NCBI RefSeq assembly: GCF_900215605.1
Contig: NZ_OBEL01000003.1
Location: 319,523-383,522 of the forward strand
From: Cohaesibacter gelatinilyticus
GTDB taxonomy: Bacteria > Pseudomonadota > Alphaproteobacteria > Rhizobiales > Cohaesibacteraceae
Length of the DNA stretch: 64,000 nt
Reading direction: 5' to 3'
The stretch's first letter is position 1; each line of letters starts with the position of its first letter. Positions 63,441-64,000 of the stretch are shown one piece after another. A program made the translations under genes and the position numbers. The notes below the pieces were generated by a model. That model did no database searches and was not told where the DNA came from. It saw nothing but the letters and a program-made list of their open reading frames with translations.

Positions 63441-64000
63441 ATGCATGATCTTGAAGCCTTTCAGCGTATTTATGCCAGATTTCTGTTTGGCTTTCTTTGG
63501 CTTAATTGCCTGATTGCAGTCGGGATAGAAGCCTATCGCGGAGATCAGGTTTTGCTGGTCGGCGCTGCAGGCATCGGCACAATGGCAGGTGCTACGGCAA
63601 TCTGGTTGTTCGGGAAACAGCAAATTTATGTGCGTTTGGCATCAGCCGTGGCCATGGCCATTCTGGTAGGTTTGATGGTGTATGCTATGAGGGCTGATCC
63701 ATGGCAGATTGACACGCAAATGTATTTCTTTGGTGCGGTGGCAGTGCTGACCGGGTGGTTCGATTGGCGTCCGATTTTTCTTTACGGCGGTATGATCGGA
63801 CTGCATCATGTGGGATTGAACTTTCTGGCACCGCAAGCTTTGTTTCCAACAGGAGCAGATTTTGGCCGGGTGATACTTCATACTGTTATTTCCGCACCTC
63901 AAATCACGGTCTTGATGGCGCTGGCTTTTATCCTCAAAACGGGCATCGACAATATTCAAAAGGCCATGGATAAAGCCCAGGATGCACAGCAGGAGACTTC
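63441..64000 (+). CDS. Partial CDS (5' part; continues past the window end) of a polytopic inner membrane protein
   Basis: ATG at 63441 opens a 186-codon stop-free frame to the window edge. At least 5 hydrophobic helices, then a charged Q/A/D-rich segment (KAMDKAQDAQQE). It may be the sensor module of a signalling protein. Confidence 0.4.
   Translation, partial: MHDLEAFQRIYARFLFGFLWLNCLIAVGIEAYRGDQVLLVGAAGIGTMAGATAIWLFGKQQIYVRLASAVAMAILVGLMVYAMRADPWQIDTQMYFFGAVAVLTGWFDWRPIFLYGGMIGLHHVGLNFLAPQALFPTGADFGRVILHTVISAPQITVLMALAFILKTGIDNIQKAMDKAQDAQQET

Overview
This 64 kb window looks like an alphaproteobacterial chromosome segment. The GC content is about 50-53%, and gene content and synteny are typical of Hyphomicrobiales or Rhodobacterales-like genomes. 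It is dense housekeeping territory and includes the replication-initiation cluster rpsT / rhodanese-like / dnaA / dnaN / recF / (small cytochrome c) / gyrB on the minus strand, at about 33.8-42.5 kb. Other recognisable blocks: a tetR - PaaK-like CoA ligase - enoyl-CoA hydratase operon; moeB; cysK; dut-coaBC; ubiB-ubiE; mutM; argB; engB; yidC-rnpA-rpmH; the infC-rpmI-rplT-pheS-pheT translation cluster; and feoABC with lrp. Conserved but poorly characterised modules also occur: DUF547 - DedA/TVP38 - pyridine nucleotide-disulfide oxidoreductase - TerC, and a LysR(OxyR-like) regulator divergent from a signal-peptide truncated hemoglobin plus membrane-anchored di-heme cytochrome c peroxidase. I found no CRISPR array, transposase or integrase. 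The most unusual sequence-level structures are two abutting tRNA-like remnants at 32.96-33.12 kb, the infC non-AUG (AUU) start, a perfect TetR-type operator palindrome, and a low-GC orphan secreted-protein gene. All product calls come from motif and family recognition by eye. No database search was run. Start codons are best guesses.
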